Assembly: GCA_963980225.1 (NCBI GenBank)
Contig: CAXBYW010000004.1
Location: 13,007-77,006, forward strand
Source: an uncultured bacterium
Lineage (GTDB): Bacteria; Patescibacteriota; Microgenomatia; UBA1400; MFAQ01
Direction: 5' to 3'
DNA: 64,000 bases
Shown here: piece after piece, positions 39,487 to 49,195 of the stretch
How the letters are laid out: each line of letters begins with the position of its first letter
Numbering within the stretch: the stretch's first letter is position 1
Translations under genes and position numbers: made by a program
The notes under the pieces: model-generated
What the model was told of the DNA's origin: nothing
Database searches by the model: none
The model's input: only the letters and a program-made list of their open reading frames with translations

Positions 39487-40470
39487 ATGTTGAATAAAGA
39501 AATGAGTTTGGTGGATGATTTAAAGAAGCCAGAGATGAAGGCTATGCGGGATGGATACGGAGAGGGTTTGGTGGAAGCAGGAAAAAGGGATGAAAAAGTG
39601 GTGGTTTTAACAGCTGATTTAGCAGAAAGCACGAGGGCTAATTTGTTTGCGAAGGAATTTGAAGAAAGGTTTTTTGATTTAGGAGTGGCAGAACAAAATT
39701 TAATGGGGGTGGCGGCTGGAATGGCTTTGTCTGGTAAAACCCCTTTTGTTTCTAGTTATGGAGTATTTAGTCCAGGGAGAAACTGGGAACAGTTGAGGGT
39801 GTCTGTCTGTTACTCTAAGACCAATGTAAAGATTGCTGGTGCACATGTGGGATTTAGCGCTAGTGCAGACGGAGCTACACATCAAGCATTGGAAGATATG
39901 GCAATTACTAGAGCGTTACCAAACTTAATAGTTTTGGCACCTTGTGACTATGAGCAAGTTAAAAAGGCGGTTTTAGCATCCAGTCAGATTAAAGGACCGG
40001 TCTATATCCGCCATCATAAACTTAAAGCTGCTTGTGTGACGACGAGTGTCACACCATTTGAGGTAGGTAGATCTCAGGTGTTTAAAGAAGGGAAAGATGT
40101 GAGCGTGTTTGCTTGTGGGCCGATGGTTTATAAAGCTTTGAAAGTGGCGGAGAAGTTAAAAGGAAAAGTGGATGTGGAGGTGGTAAATATTCATACGATA
40201 AAACCAGTAGATAGAGAAGGCATAATCAGAAGCGTCAGGAAGACTGGTAGGGTGGTAACGGTAGAAGAACATCAGATAACTGGAGGTTTGGGAAGTGCGG
40301 TGGCAGAGGTTTTAGCAGAGGAATTACCAACACAGATGAAGCGGGTTGGGGTAAGAGATACTTTTGGAGAAAGTGGAGAATATGATGATCTGCTTGCTAA
40401 ATATGGATTGGGAGAAAAGGATATAATGAGAGCGATTGATAGTGTAGTTAATAAACCTTTGGAAAGATAA
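39487..40470 (+). CDS. Transketolase C-terminal subunit
   Basis: GVAEQN, DGATHQ, VEEH..GGLG. Confidence 0.93.
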   Translation: MLNKEMSLVDDLKKPEMKAMRDGYGEGLVEAGKRDEKVVVLTADLAESTRANLFAKEFEERFFDLGVAEQNLMGVAAGMALSGKTPFVSSYGVFSPGRNWEQLRVSVCYSKTNVKIAGAHVGFSASADGATHQALEDMAITRALPNLIVLAPCDYEQVKKAVLASSQIKGPVYIRHHKLKAACVTTSVTPFEVGRSQVFKEGKDVSVFACGPMVYKALKVAEKLKGKVDVEVVNIHTIKPVDREGIIRSVRKTGRVVTVEEHQITGGLGSAVAEVLAEELPTQMKRVGVRDTFGESGEYDDLLAKYGLGEKDIMRAIDSVVNKPLER

Positions 40471-40475
40471 TAAAT

Positions 40476-41342
40476 ATGAGTAGTGGAAATATTGATTTAT
40501 GGTTAAAGAAAGCGAGAGAAGAAAGATTTGCTATTGGTGCTTTCAATGCAGCTAATATAGAAACTTTCAAGGCAATCGTAGGCGCTGCTAAAAAAATGTC
40601 TTCCCCAGTGATTATTGAAGCGTCTCATGGTGAGGTAGAATTTATTGGAGGAGATAACTTGGTGGACCTGGTGAAAAATGCTAGGGAAGAAATGAGTCTA
40701 CCTATTTTTACCAATCTTGATCATGCACCTACGGTGGAGGACGCTATGGATGGGGTAGATTGGGGTTTTGACATGATTCACTATAATGGCAGCAAACTTT
40801 CTTTAAAGGAGAATGTTAAGAATACTAAGCGGGTAGTAGAAGCCGTAAAAGGTGGTGGATCAGTGGTTGAAGCAGAGATTAACCCAATTGTAGGAGAGAG
40901 TGCTGAGCACATGCAAGAAACAGCTGAGGAGATTCAAAAGCAAGGGGAATATACTGACCCACAAGAGGCTGAGGAGTTTGTTAAAGAAACAGGAGTAGAT
41001 ATTTTGGCGTCGTTTGTGGGGAATTTGCATGGAGTGTATAAGACCCCACCAAAGATTGATGTTGATAGGTTGAAAGAGATAGGTAAGAGGGTGGATTGTT
41101 ATTTAAGCTTGCATGGAGGAAGTGGTATTCCAGATGATCAAGTGAAAATGGCGATTGAAAGAGGAGTCGTAAAGGTCAATGTAAACAGTGAAATGAGAAT
41201 TATATATAGGGAGACGTTGGAGAAGGTATTGGAGAAGAATGATGAGGTGGCAATTTATAAAATAATGCCAGAGGTTATAAATATGGTTCAGGGTGTGGTG
41301 GAGAAAAAAATAGAGCTATTGGGGAGCAAAGGAAAGGCCTGA
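40476..41342 (+). CDS. fba: Class II fructose-bisphosphate aldolase
   Basis: AFN, LDH, GNLHG, LHGGSG, KVNVNS. Confidence 0.88.
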   Translation: MSSGNIDLWLKKAREERFAIGAFNAANIETFKAIVGAAKKMSSPVIIEASHGEVEFIGGDNLVDLVKNAREEMSLPIFTNLDHAPTVEDAMDGVDWGFDMIHYNGSKLSLKENVKNTKRVVEAVKGGGSVVEAEINPIVGESAEHMQETAEEIQKQGEYTDPQEAEEFVKETGVDILASFVGNLHGVYKTPPKIDVDRLKEIGKRVDCYLSLHGGSGIPDDQVKMAIERGVVKVNVNSEMRIIYRETLEKVLEKNDEVAIYKIMPEVINMVQGVVEKKIELLGSKGKA

Positions 41343-41381
41343 TTTTTCTGGAAACCCTTAAACCAAATGAGACTTAAATGA

Positions 41382-41954
41382 TTAATCTTGTTTAATATAG
41401 TCGATTACGTCAGGGAGATTAAGGAAGCCCTTAATACGTTTACGACCGTATCTAGCTAGGCCGGAGAAAAGAGAGAGGAAACGATATATTTTGAATTTAT
41501 TTTTATTGTTTCTTAAGTCAAAAACCCTAATTTCACTTACGAAGTCTAGAGTATCTGCATCTTGAACTATTTGGGCGTAGAGAGAGTATTTGCGATTTAA
41601 TCGTCTAAAAGGAAAACTAAGGGTGTGGTTGTAGACTGCTTCGGAGAGGAGGTAGCGATCGGACTCAGTTAAGTTGAATTGCTCTAGTATGGAGGGGAGC
41701 ATTTGGCGAAGTAATCTGCTCTCCCTGATCCAATTTAAGAATGATGGTTTATATTTAATGTGGTGAATGTCGTGTAGGAGACAAGCAGCCTTGAGAAGAT
41801 TCAAGTCAATTTTAGAGTTTAGCTTTAAAAGACTGGCTATCTGAACAGCGTTGTTCTTAGTTCTTGTTAGGTGTCCATAACTATGTTGAGAGTCAACATT
41901 TTTAGTAGCTTTTTTTACGTAGTTATCTATTTTTTGAAACTGCTTGGTGGTCAT
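41382..41954 (-). CDS. HD-domain phosphohydrolase
   Basis: HSYGH, LLHD, H, DAD. Confidence 0.8.
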   Translation of the reverse strand: MTTKQFQKIDNYVKKATKNVDSQHSYGHLTRTKNNAVQIASLLKLNSKIDLNLLKAACLLHDIHHIKYKPSFLNWIRESRLLRQMLPSILEQFNLTESDRYLLSEAVYNHTLSFPFRRLNRKYSLYAQIVQDADTLDFVSEIRVFDLRNNKNKFKIYRFLSLFSGLARYGRKRIKGFLNLPDVIDYIKQD

Positions 41955-41980
41955 AGAGGAGATTATATTAGAATAAAGGT

Positions 41981-42970
41981 ATGAAAAGGGTAATTACCGT
42001 AGGTTCAGCAGTAGTAGATGTGTTGGTTAGGTCTAATGGATTTAGAGTGATGAAAAGCCATTTGGTAGAAGGAGGTGTGGCAATGTGTGAGGTGTATGGA
42101 GGTAAATTGGGTGCAGAAGAGATTTCAACTGAAGTTGGTGGTGGAGGAACTAATGTGGCTTTGGGATTAAAGCGACTGGGTGTTTTTGCCAGACCATTTT
42201 CTTTGGTGGGAGATGATGATTGGGGAAAGTGGATAAGAAAAAATCTAGAGAGAGAAAGTTTGGAGACAAATGGTATTAGAGAGGTTGTTGGTAGTACGGC
42301 GGTATCGGTTATTTTAATAGCAGATGGAGGAGGTAGAACGATTATTACTCAAAGAGGTGTGGGCGCTAAGATGAGTGCAAAGGATATAGACTGGAAGATG
42401 CTTGATAAGGCAAATTGGGTACAGATTTCTAGTTTGGGTGGAAATGTTAATTTGTTGGAAGATATAGTTCTCTATGCTTTTAGTAAAAAAATAAAAATAG
42501 GGTTGAACCCTGGAAAAAAAGAGTTGGAAGAGAAAAAAACTCTACTTTCGTTGTTGCCCAAAATAGAGTATTTAAATGTTAATCATATGGAAGCAGTTAA
42601 GTTTTTTAAAGGAAGATATGGAGAAGATAAGAAAATGGCTCGTAGATTTCTAGATGAAGGAGTTAAATATTTGACGATTACTGATGGAGTTGGTGGTGCA
42701 GGGTTGGCTATGGGAGACACCTGGATTAAAGCAAATTCTTACAAGACAAAATCAATAGATGATACTGGAGCAGGAGATGCGTTTACTGCTGGAGTGGTGG
42801 CCGGTTTTTTGGCTGGACGGGAAAAAGAAGAGGTGTTGAAAATGGGTTTGGCTAATGGGGCCAAGGTGGTAACGATGTTGGGGGCTAAAAGAGGTCTGTT
42901 GCGAAAAGAAGAAATGAATAAGTGGGTCAAAAAGAGAAGGGTAAAAATAGTGGAGGAGAAGTGTGGTTAA
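41981..42970 (+). CDS. PfkB-family carbohydrate kinase
   Basis: GGGGTNVA, DDTGAGDAF. Confidence 0.9.
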   Translation: MKRVITVGSAVVDVLVRSNGFRVMKSHLVEGGVAMCEVYGGKLGAEEISTEVGGGGTNVALGLKRLGVFARPFSLVGDDDWGKWIRKNLERESLETNGIREVVGSTAVSVILIADGGGRTIITQRGVGAKMSAKDIDWKMLDKANWVQISSLGGNVNLLEDIVLYAFSKKIKIGLNPGKKELEEKKTLLSLLPKIEYLNVNHMEAVKFFKGRYGEDKKMARRFLDEGVKYLTITDGVGGAGLAMGDTWIKANSYKTKSIDDTGAGDAFTAGVVAGFLAGREKEEVLKMGLANGAKVVTMLGAKRGLLRKEEMNKWVKKRRVKIVEEKCG

Positions 42971-42978
42971 ATTAGGGT

Positions 42979-43944
42979 ATGAAACAGAGGGTTTTTGTAA
43001 CACATAAATTACCAGGAAAAGAAATAGATAAATTAAAGGAAGACTTTGAGGTAGACGTTTGGTCTGATAAGGATATTGGTCGAAAAGATTTGATTGATAA
43101 GGTTAAGGGGGTAGATGGAATAATAAGTCTGTTAACCGAGAAGATTGACAAAGAAGTGATGGATGCAGCTGGAGAAAATCTGAAAGTAATTGCCAACTAT
43201 GCAGTTGGTTTTGACAATGTTGACTGTGAAGAGGCAGACAAGCGAAAAATAGTGGTAACTAATACACCGGGAGTTTTAACGGAATCAGTAGCGGAACATG
43301 CGATTGGCCTGATGTTTTCAGTGATGAAAAGAATAACGGAAGGAGATAAATTTATTAGAGAAGGGAAGTTTGCTGGTTGGGAACCGGACTTGTTGGTAGG
43401 AACAGGAGTAAGAGATAAAGTGTTGGGAGTTGTGGGGTTGGGTAGAATTGGTAGGTGGACGGTAAAATTAGCTAACAGCTTGGGGATGAAAGTAATTTAC
43501 CATTCAAGAACAAGAGACGAAGAGTATGAGGAAATGGAAGGAGTGGTTTATCATTCTTTGGAGCAACTGTTAGAGATGTCAGACGTGGTCAGTTTAAGTG
43601 TTCCTTTACATGATGATACAAAAGGTATGATAGGGAAAAAAGAGCTCAAGTTGATGAAGAGGTCAGCAGTTTTAATCAACACAGCTCGAGGTGGTGTAGT
43701 TGAGGAGAAGGATTTAATCGAAGCTTTAAAAGGGGGTGTGATTGCTGGCGCTGGCCTAGATGTATTTTGGGATGAAAGTAAGATTCCTGTTGATTTAATT
43801 AAGTTGCAAAATGTGACCTTAACTCCACATATTGCTTCAGCTACCATAGAAGCAAGACTCTCTATGGCAAAGTTGGCCGTTGATTCTGTGAGATCTGTTT
43901 TATTGGGAAGAATGCCGGAAATGGTGGTAAATATGAAAAAATGA
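42979..43944 (+). CDS. D-glycerate / D-2-hydroxyacid dehydrogenase
   Basis: AVGFDN, GLGRIG, NTARG, LDV, PHIAS. Confidence 0.9.
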   Translation: MKQRVFVTHKLPGKEIDKLKEDFEVDVWSDKDIGRKDLIDKVKGVDGIISLLTEKIDKEVMDAAGENLKVIANYAVGFDNVDCEEADKRKIVVTNTPGVLTESVAEHAIGLMFSVMKRITEGDKFIREGKFAGWEPDLLVGTGVRDKVLGVVGLGRIGRWTVKLANSLGMKVIYHSRTRDEEYEEMEGVVYHSLEQLLEMSDVVSLSVPLHDDTKGMIGKKELKLMKRSAVLINTARGGVVEEKDLIEALKGGVIAGAGLDVFWDESKIPVDLIKLQNVTLTPHIASATIEARLSMAKLAVDSVRSVLLGRMPEMVVNMKK

Positions 43945-44207
43945 AAAAGGAAGAAAGTGGTAGACAGTTAAAGCTTAGTGAGCAAGACAATGAAGAGAAG
44001 GTAGTTGATAAGAAGGATAAAAAGAAAAGAAATAAACCTAAAGATAGATGGACCATATTTGTGGTTTTGTTTATAACAATACTAGTCAGTTTGGTATTTT
44101 ATTTTGTCTCCGGGATACCTAAAACACAAAAAAATGATGAAATGGAAAAAATAGAAAACATAAAAAAAAATAATGATTTCTTTGGCTCAGCTGTACATGA
44201 GCTCTAG
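43941..44207 (+). CDS. Hypothetical single-TM protein
   Basis: ATGA-coupled ORF. Confidence 0.6.
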   Translation: MKKEESGRQLKLSEQDNEEKVVDKKDKKKRNKPKDRWTIFVVLFITILVSLVFYFVSGIPKTQKNDEMEKIENIKKNNDFFGSAVHEL

Positions 44208-46174
44208 TTATCTAGGATATAGTTCACAGTTTTTGCCCAAATAGGAGAAGCCCCGGTGACACCGGAAGCAACTCTACTCATTGGTGAGTTATTGTTGTTG
44301 CCCACCCAAACCCCAACTAAGAAATTTGGAGTATAACCTATGGCCCAGTTATCCCTAAGGTCGTTACTAGTGCCAGTCTTAACAGCAACTTTGGCTTTTT
44401 TAATGTTTAAAACTGAGTTAAAGCCAAAAGCTGGGGCACGAGCAAAATTATTTGAGAGGATGTCAGTGATCTGGTAGGCTGTTTCTGATTTGATGACTTG
44501 ACGTGGTTGTTGTTTTCCAAAAGAAAGAGATTTGTTGCTGGGATTTTCAATAGAGATTATTGATTTTAGGGGTGTGGTAACCCCAGAATTAGCAAAAGCA
44601 GAATAGCTTTCTGCTAGATCGGTCATTTTCACTTCTAAACTACCTAGGGCAGCAGCGGGAGTATGACGACTGGGGTCGTTCCAGGTGGTAATACCCATTT
44701 CTTGAGCTAGGGCAATAAAATTATTGACTCCATTTTTGGTGGCTAAAAGAACAGAAGGAATATTGTAAGAACTGGCTAGTGCTTGCCTTAAAGTAACGTG
44801 TCCATGATATTTACCGTCATAGTTTTTGGGAGACCAGGGATCAGAACCAGGCAATCGAATAGTAATTGGAGAGTCATTTATCATGGCTGAAGGAGTGGCT
44901 CCCAACTCGAAAGCTAGGGCATAATTAATAGGTTTGATGGCAGAACCGGGTTGACGAGAAGATGTGGTGAGATTGACGTTACCGTCTGTTGAGTTATCAA
45001 AGTAATCTTTGGATCCGACCATAGCTAAAATTTCACCAGTTTGAGGGGAGGTAATAATACCGGCACCGTTACTTATATTTAGACGAGAAAGACGGTTGAC
45101 CTCTGTGGTAATAAATAGCTGGAATTTTTTTTGAAGATTTAGGTCTAGGCTAGTAGTGACGATTAGACCACCGTGGTTAACAAGGTTTTCTCCAAATTGG
45201 TCGACTAAAATGTCTTTTACATACATTACAAAATGTGGGGCTTGGATCTCTATTTTTAAAGATGCAAACTTTAGGTTGGTTTCTAAGGCTTTTTGATAAT
45301 CTTCCTGTGAAATAAACTTAAGAAGAAGCATTTGATTTAAAACAAAATGTTGTCGATCTGTGGCTAATTCGGGGTGCGCACCAAATGGTGAGTATTTACT
45401 GGGAGCTTTGGTTAAACCAGCGAGATAACTGGCTTGAGCAAGACTTAGATCTTGAGCATTTACCGAAAAATACTGTTGAGCTGCTTCTTGGATGCCGTAG
45501 GTTGGACCACCAAAACCAATTTGATTTAAGTACATTTGGAAAATAGCGTCTTTGCTATAAGTATTTTCTGTGTGAATAGCAAGAACTAATTCTTTTATTT
45601 TTCTAGTTAAACTTCTTTGTGAAGTAAGTAAGGTGTTTTTAATCAATTGTTGGGTGATGGTGGAGCCGCCTTCTAAGTGGCAGTTGGTAAGTGATAGCTT
45701 GCAAGTTGTAAAAAAATTATTGAGATTTTTGGTGAATGCGCGAAAGATGCTACCAGATGAAAATCCATTATGAGAATAAAAATCCTTGTCTTCTGCGGCC
45801 AAAAAAGCACCTGTGACGTAATTAGGAAGAGTGTCTAGGCTAATTAAAGTGCGATTTTCTTGTTTGTATATTTTGAAAAGTAATTGTCCATTGCGGTCAA
45901 GAATTTGAGTTGTTAATTTTGGTAAATGGTCAGCAAGATCGCCGGGGTGGGGTAGATTGTAAAAAATTTTGAAGTATATAAAAATTGACAGAAAAGTAAG
46001 GACGACGGTAAATGGAGTTACTAACTTAGGAACTGTTAGTTGCTTTAGTTTGAGTGATAGAAATTTATGTGGAAATAATAGTAGAAAGTCAATGATGAAG
46101 ATTAGAAGTTTATGAAAAGGGCGGCCGATTAAGTTTAGTAGGGAGACGTGAACTGGTTTTTTTGACCTAGTCAT
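44204..46174 (-). CDS. Class A penicillin-binding protein
   Basis: EDKDFYSH, GGSTITQQL, PGSAIK, SYN, KTGT. Confidence 0.93.
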   Translation of the reverse strand: MTRSKKPVHVSLLNLIGRPFHKLLIFIIDFLLLFPHKFLSLKLKQLTVPKLVTPFTVVLTFLSIFIYFKIFYNLPHPGDLADHLPKLTTQILDRNGQLLFKIYKQENRTLISLDTLPNYVTGAFLAAEDKDFYSHNGFSSGSIFRAFTKNLNNFFTTCKLSLTNCHLEGGSTITQQLIKNTLLTSQRSLTRKIKELVLAIHTENTYSKDAIFQMYLNQIGFGGPTYGIQEAAQQYFSVNAQDLSLAQASYLAGLTKAPSKYSPFGAHPELATDRQHFVLNQMLLLKFISQEDYQKALETNLKFASLKIEIQAPHFVMYVKDILVDQFGENLVNHGGLIVTTSLDLNLQKKFQLFITTEVNRLSRLNISNGAGIITSPQTGEILAMVGSKDYFDNSTDGNVNLTTSSRQPGSAIKPINYALAFELGATPSAMINDSPITIRLPGSDPWSPKNYDGKYHGHVTLRQALASSYNIPSVLLATKNGVNNFIALAQEMGITTWNDPSRHTPAAALGSLEVKMTDLAESYSAFANSGVTTPLKSIISIENPSNKSLSFGKQQPRQVIKSETAYQITDILSNNFARAPAFGFNSVLNIKKAKVAVKTGTSNDLRDNWAIGYTPNFLVGVWVGNNNNSPMSRVASGVTGASPIWAKTVNYILDN

Positions 46175-48512
46175 TATGATAGTATGAGTTTGGTTTCGTT
46201 GGATTTAATTGGAACAAGTCGTAATTTATGGTGGTAGACGGCCAGGTGATTTTTCCTTCTTCATCTTGAGGATATGCACAGTCAATACAAAATTCTTTGA
46301 CGAATGGGTCTGAAAGGATGGTATGTTCTTCTAGATCTCTATCTACGGTATCGTCACCCTCTAAAATTGGATACTTATCTTCTCTTCTGACCCAGATTTG
46401 TTTTTTGGTTAAAACTTGTCCTGGAGGTAAGAAGTTTTCTATGAATAGCTCTGAGCGAGACTCACATTGGTTTGCTTGTTGAGCCAAAAGCCCGGTAAGA
46501 TTACAGACTTGGTATCCTTTTACACCATCTGGTTTGGTGGGAGGATGATCTTTTTGATCTTTTAATAAATTACGCATGATTTTGTTCCATATGGTGGAGG
46601 CGCCAGTGGTGCCAGAAACGACATAGCTCATGGGAGTATTGTCGTTATTGCCTACCCAGGTGGCAACAAGAAAGTCTGGGGTATAACCTATGGTCCAGTT
46701 ATCTCTTAGATCATTTGTGGTTCCGGTTTTAACAGAAACAGTTTTACCAGGGATAACTAGTTGGCTAGATGACCCAAAAGCAGCGGAGCGAGCTCCGTTG
46801 TCTGAGAGAATGTTGGAAATAATAAAAGCAACTTCTTCTGGAAGAGTAGTGTGGGGGCAATTCTCTTGCGAACACTGACTGGTTTTTTCTTCTGTTGAGG
46901 TTTGGTGAAAGTTTTCCCAGTTTAATGGTAGTGTAGAGGAGATCTCTTTAGTTTTGCTTAAGTCAGATTCTTCTAACACTTGGCCGGTATGATCCTCTAT
47001 TTTTAGAATTGGATTTAGAGGTACGGTAACACCAGAGTTGGCAAAAGTGCCAAAAGCGGTAGCCATTTCCATCATAGTAACTTCACCACCACCCAAAGTG
47101 AGTGAGAGACCGTAATGACTAGGATCTTGCCATCCTTTAATTCCCATGGCACTGGCGGTGGCGATCATGGATTCTACTCCGTTGAGAGACAACATCTTAA
47201 CTGCTGGAATATTGTAGGAGTTGGCCAAGGCATGTCTTAACTGAACTGGGCCATGAAAGGAGTTATCGTAGTTTTTTGGGCAGTATAGTTTTTGCCCGGA
47301 AGCAGAATAGCAAGTAGGGAGGTCTAAAAACATTGTGGATGCGGTCCATCCTTTAAGTAGACCGACGGCGTAGTTGACGGGCTTAATGGATGATCCAGGT
47401 TGTCTTTGGGCAGTAGTTAGGTTTACCTGACCATCTTGCTCCTTATTAAAGTAGTCTGCAGATCCAACCAAAGCAAGAATTTCACCAGTTGATGGTGAAG
47501 TAACAAGAGCTGCACCATTACCCACTCTTAGTCTTTTAAGTTTTGTGATTTCTGCTGAAAGAGAACTTTGGGCATATTCTTGTAGGTCAAGATCCAAAGT
47601 GGTGGTGACTCTTAGTCCACCAAGATTTACCCTATCCTCTCCATATTTTTCTACCACCAACTCTTTAACTAGGAAGACAAAATGAGGGGCCTTAATGGTG
47701 GTGGCAGGAGAAGAAAACTCCAATTCCTTGTTTTTGGCCTCTTCAGCTTGTTCTGCGGTGATGAAGTTATCTTCCACCATTCTTTTTAAGACTTGGGCTT
47801 GTCTTTTGACACTTAGTTCTGGGTGAGCTCCAAAAGGTGATAGTTTTGTGGGTGATTGAGGTAGTCCAGCCAAAAGACTTGCTTCAGCTAAGGTGAGGTC
47901 TTGGGCGTTTTTGTCAAAGTATGTGAGAGCGGCAGATTGAATACCATAAGTGGTCCCTCCATATGGAGCATGGTTTAAATAGAGTTCCAAAATTTCCTCT
48001 TTGGTGTAAATAAGTTCTGTGACAATAGCTAATGAAGCTTCTTTAATTTTTCTGGTTATGGTTCGTCTTGGGTCCTGTAAAAGACCGATTTTGACAAGTT
48101 GTTGGGTGATGGTGGAGCCGCCTTCTAAGCGTTGACCAGTAATAGTTTTTACAAAAGCCCTGGCGATACCAAACAAGTCTAGCCCGTGATGTGTGTAGAA
48201 GTTTTTATCTTCTATGGAGATGGTGGAGTTCTTGACATGGTCTGGGAGACTTTCTAATTTTATGGGAGTGCGATTTTGGTCTGTATATATTTCATAAAGA
48301 AGTTTCCCATTTCTATCTAAAATTTGCGTACTAACAGGAGCAGGGGACTTAGTTAATTTTTGAGGATTAGGAACATCTTTGAATAGTAAGATGATGCTTA
48401 TCATTACTAGTAATCCAATAATCAATAGAGTGAGTTTTTTCCGGGGATACTTCTTGAGGGTTTTTTTGTAGTTTTTGAGAATTTGCTTGAACTTCTTTTT
48501 CCTGGGAGACAT
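46167..48512 (-). CDS. Class A penicillin-binding protein
   Basis: EDKNFYTH, GGSTITQQL, PGSSIK, SYN, KTGT. Confidence 0.93.
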   Translation of the reverse strand: MSPRKKKFKQILKNYKKTLKKYPRKKLTLLIIGLLVMISIILLFKDVPNPQKLTKSPAPVSTQILDRNGKLLYEIYTDQNRTPIKLESLPDHVKNSTISIEDKNFYTHHGLDLFGIARAFVKTITGQRLEGGSTITQQLVKIGLLQDPRRTITRKIKEASLAIVTELIYTKEEILELYLNHAPYGGTTYGIQSAALTYFDKNAQDLTLAEASLLAGLPQSPTKLSPFGAHPELSVKRQAQVLKRMVEDNFITAEQAEEAKNKELEFSSPATTIKAPHFVFLVKELVVEKYGEDRVNLGGLRVTTTLDLDLQEYAQSSLSAEITKLKRLRVGNGAALVTSPSTGEILALVGSADYFNKEQDGQVNLTTAQRQPGSSIKPVNYAVGLLKGWTASTMFLDLPTCYSASGQKLYCPKNYDNSFHGPVQLRHALANSYNIPAVKMLSLNGVESMIATASAMGIKGWQDPSHYGLSLTLGGGEVTMMEMATAFGTFANSGVTVPLNPILKIEDHTGQVLEESDLSKTKEISSTLPLNWENFHQTSTEEKTSQCSQENCPHTTLPEEVAFIISNILSDNGARSAAFGSSSQLVIPGKTVSVKTGTTNDLRDNWTIGYTPDFLVATWVGNNDNTPMSYVVSGTTGASTIWNKIMRNLLKDQKDHPPTKPDGVKGYQVCNLTGLLAQQANQCESRSELFIENFLPPGQVLTKKQIWVRREDKYPILEGDDTVDRDLEEHTILSDPFVKEFCIDCAYPQDEEGKITWPSTTINYDLFQLNPTKPNSYYHND

Positions 48513-48540
48513 AGGAGGTATTATAGTAGAATTGGAGGTA

Positions 48541-49140
48541 ATGGGGAAAAAGTTGTTTGGTTATTATGTTTATTTGTTACTGGCCTGGGGATGTTTTCGA
48601 TATTGGGTGAGACTACCAGAGGTGATAGAAGAGCTATGGTTTAAGCCAGTTATCTGGTTGGTGCCATTATTTTGGTGGCGTATAAGCCTTAAGGGAAAAC
48701 CAAAACTGTTTAACAATAAGTGGTTTTTGAGTGGGTTTATGGGAATGGCGGTTGGTCTTTTTTACTTTAGTTTAATAAGACTTTTAACACCTGCTTCGTG
48801 GGAAGGTCTTGGTGGGGCAAATTGGAGTTTGAATTTAATTGGAATAGCATTAACAACAGCGGTAGTGGAAGAGATAACTTTTTCTGGGATGGTCTTGGGT
48901 ATTTTAGATTGGATACGAGGTAAAAAACTATTTAACTTAGTGGTGCTGGGTTTCATGGTTGTGGGAGTGCATTTGCCGATAAATATTTTTGTGTTTGGGC
49001 TACAAGGCAAGGAGCTCGTGGGTGTTTTGGTATGGCTTTTTTCTGTGGCAGTAATTAATGGATGGTTGAGGCGAAAGACAGAAAATGTTACGGGGTCTAT
49101 AATTGCTCGTTTTATTTTAATGTTGGCGGTTTTGGGATAA
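48541..49140 (+). CDS. CPBP/Abi-family intramembrane glutamic protease
   Basis: AVVEE, GVH motifs; multiple TM; partly degenerate. Confidence 0.7.
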   Translation: MGKKLFGYYVYLLLAWGCFRYWVRLPEVIEELWFKPVIWLVPLFWWRISLKGKPKLFNNKWFLSGFMGMAVGLFYFSLIRLLTPASWEGLGGANWSLNLIGIALTTAVVEEITFSGMVLGILDWIRGKKLFNLVVLGFMVVGVHLPINIFVFGLQGKELVGVLVWLFSVAVINGWLRRKTENVTGSIIARFILMLAVLG

Positions 49141-49195
49141 AATTTGTGCCTGAGATTTGCTTAAATTGGGTTTTCAGTGTAGGATGTCAAGAGAT

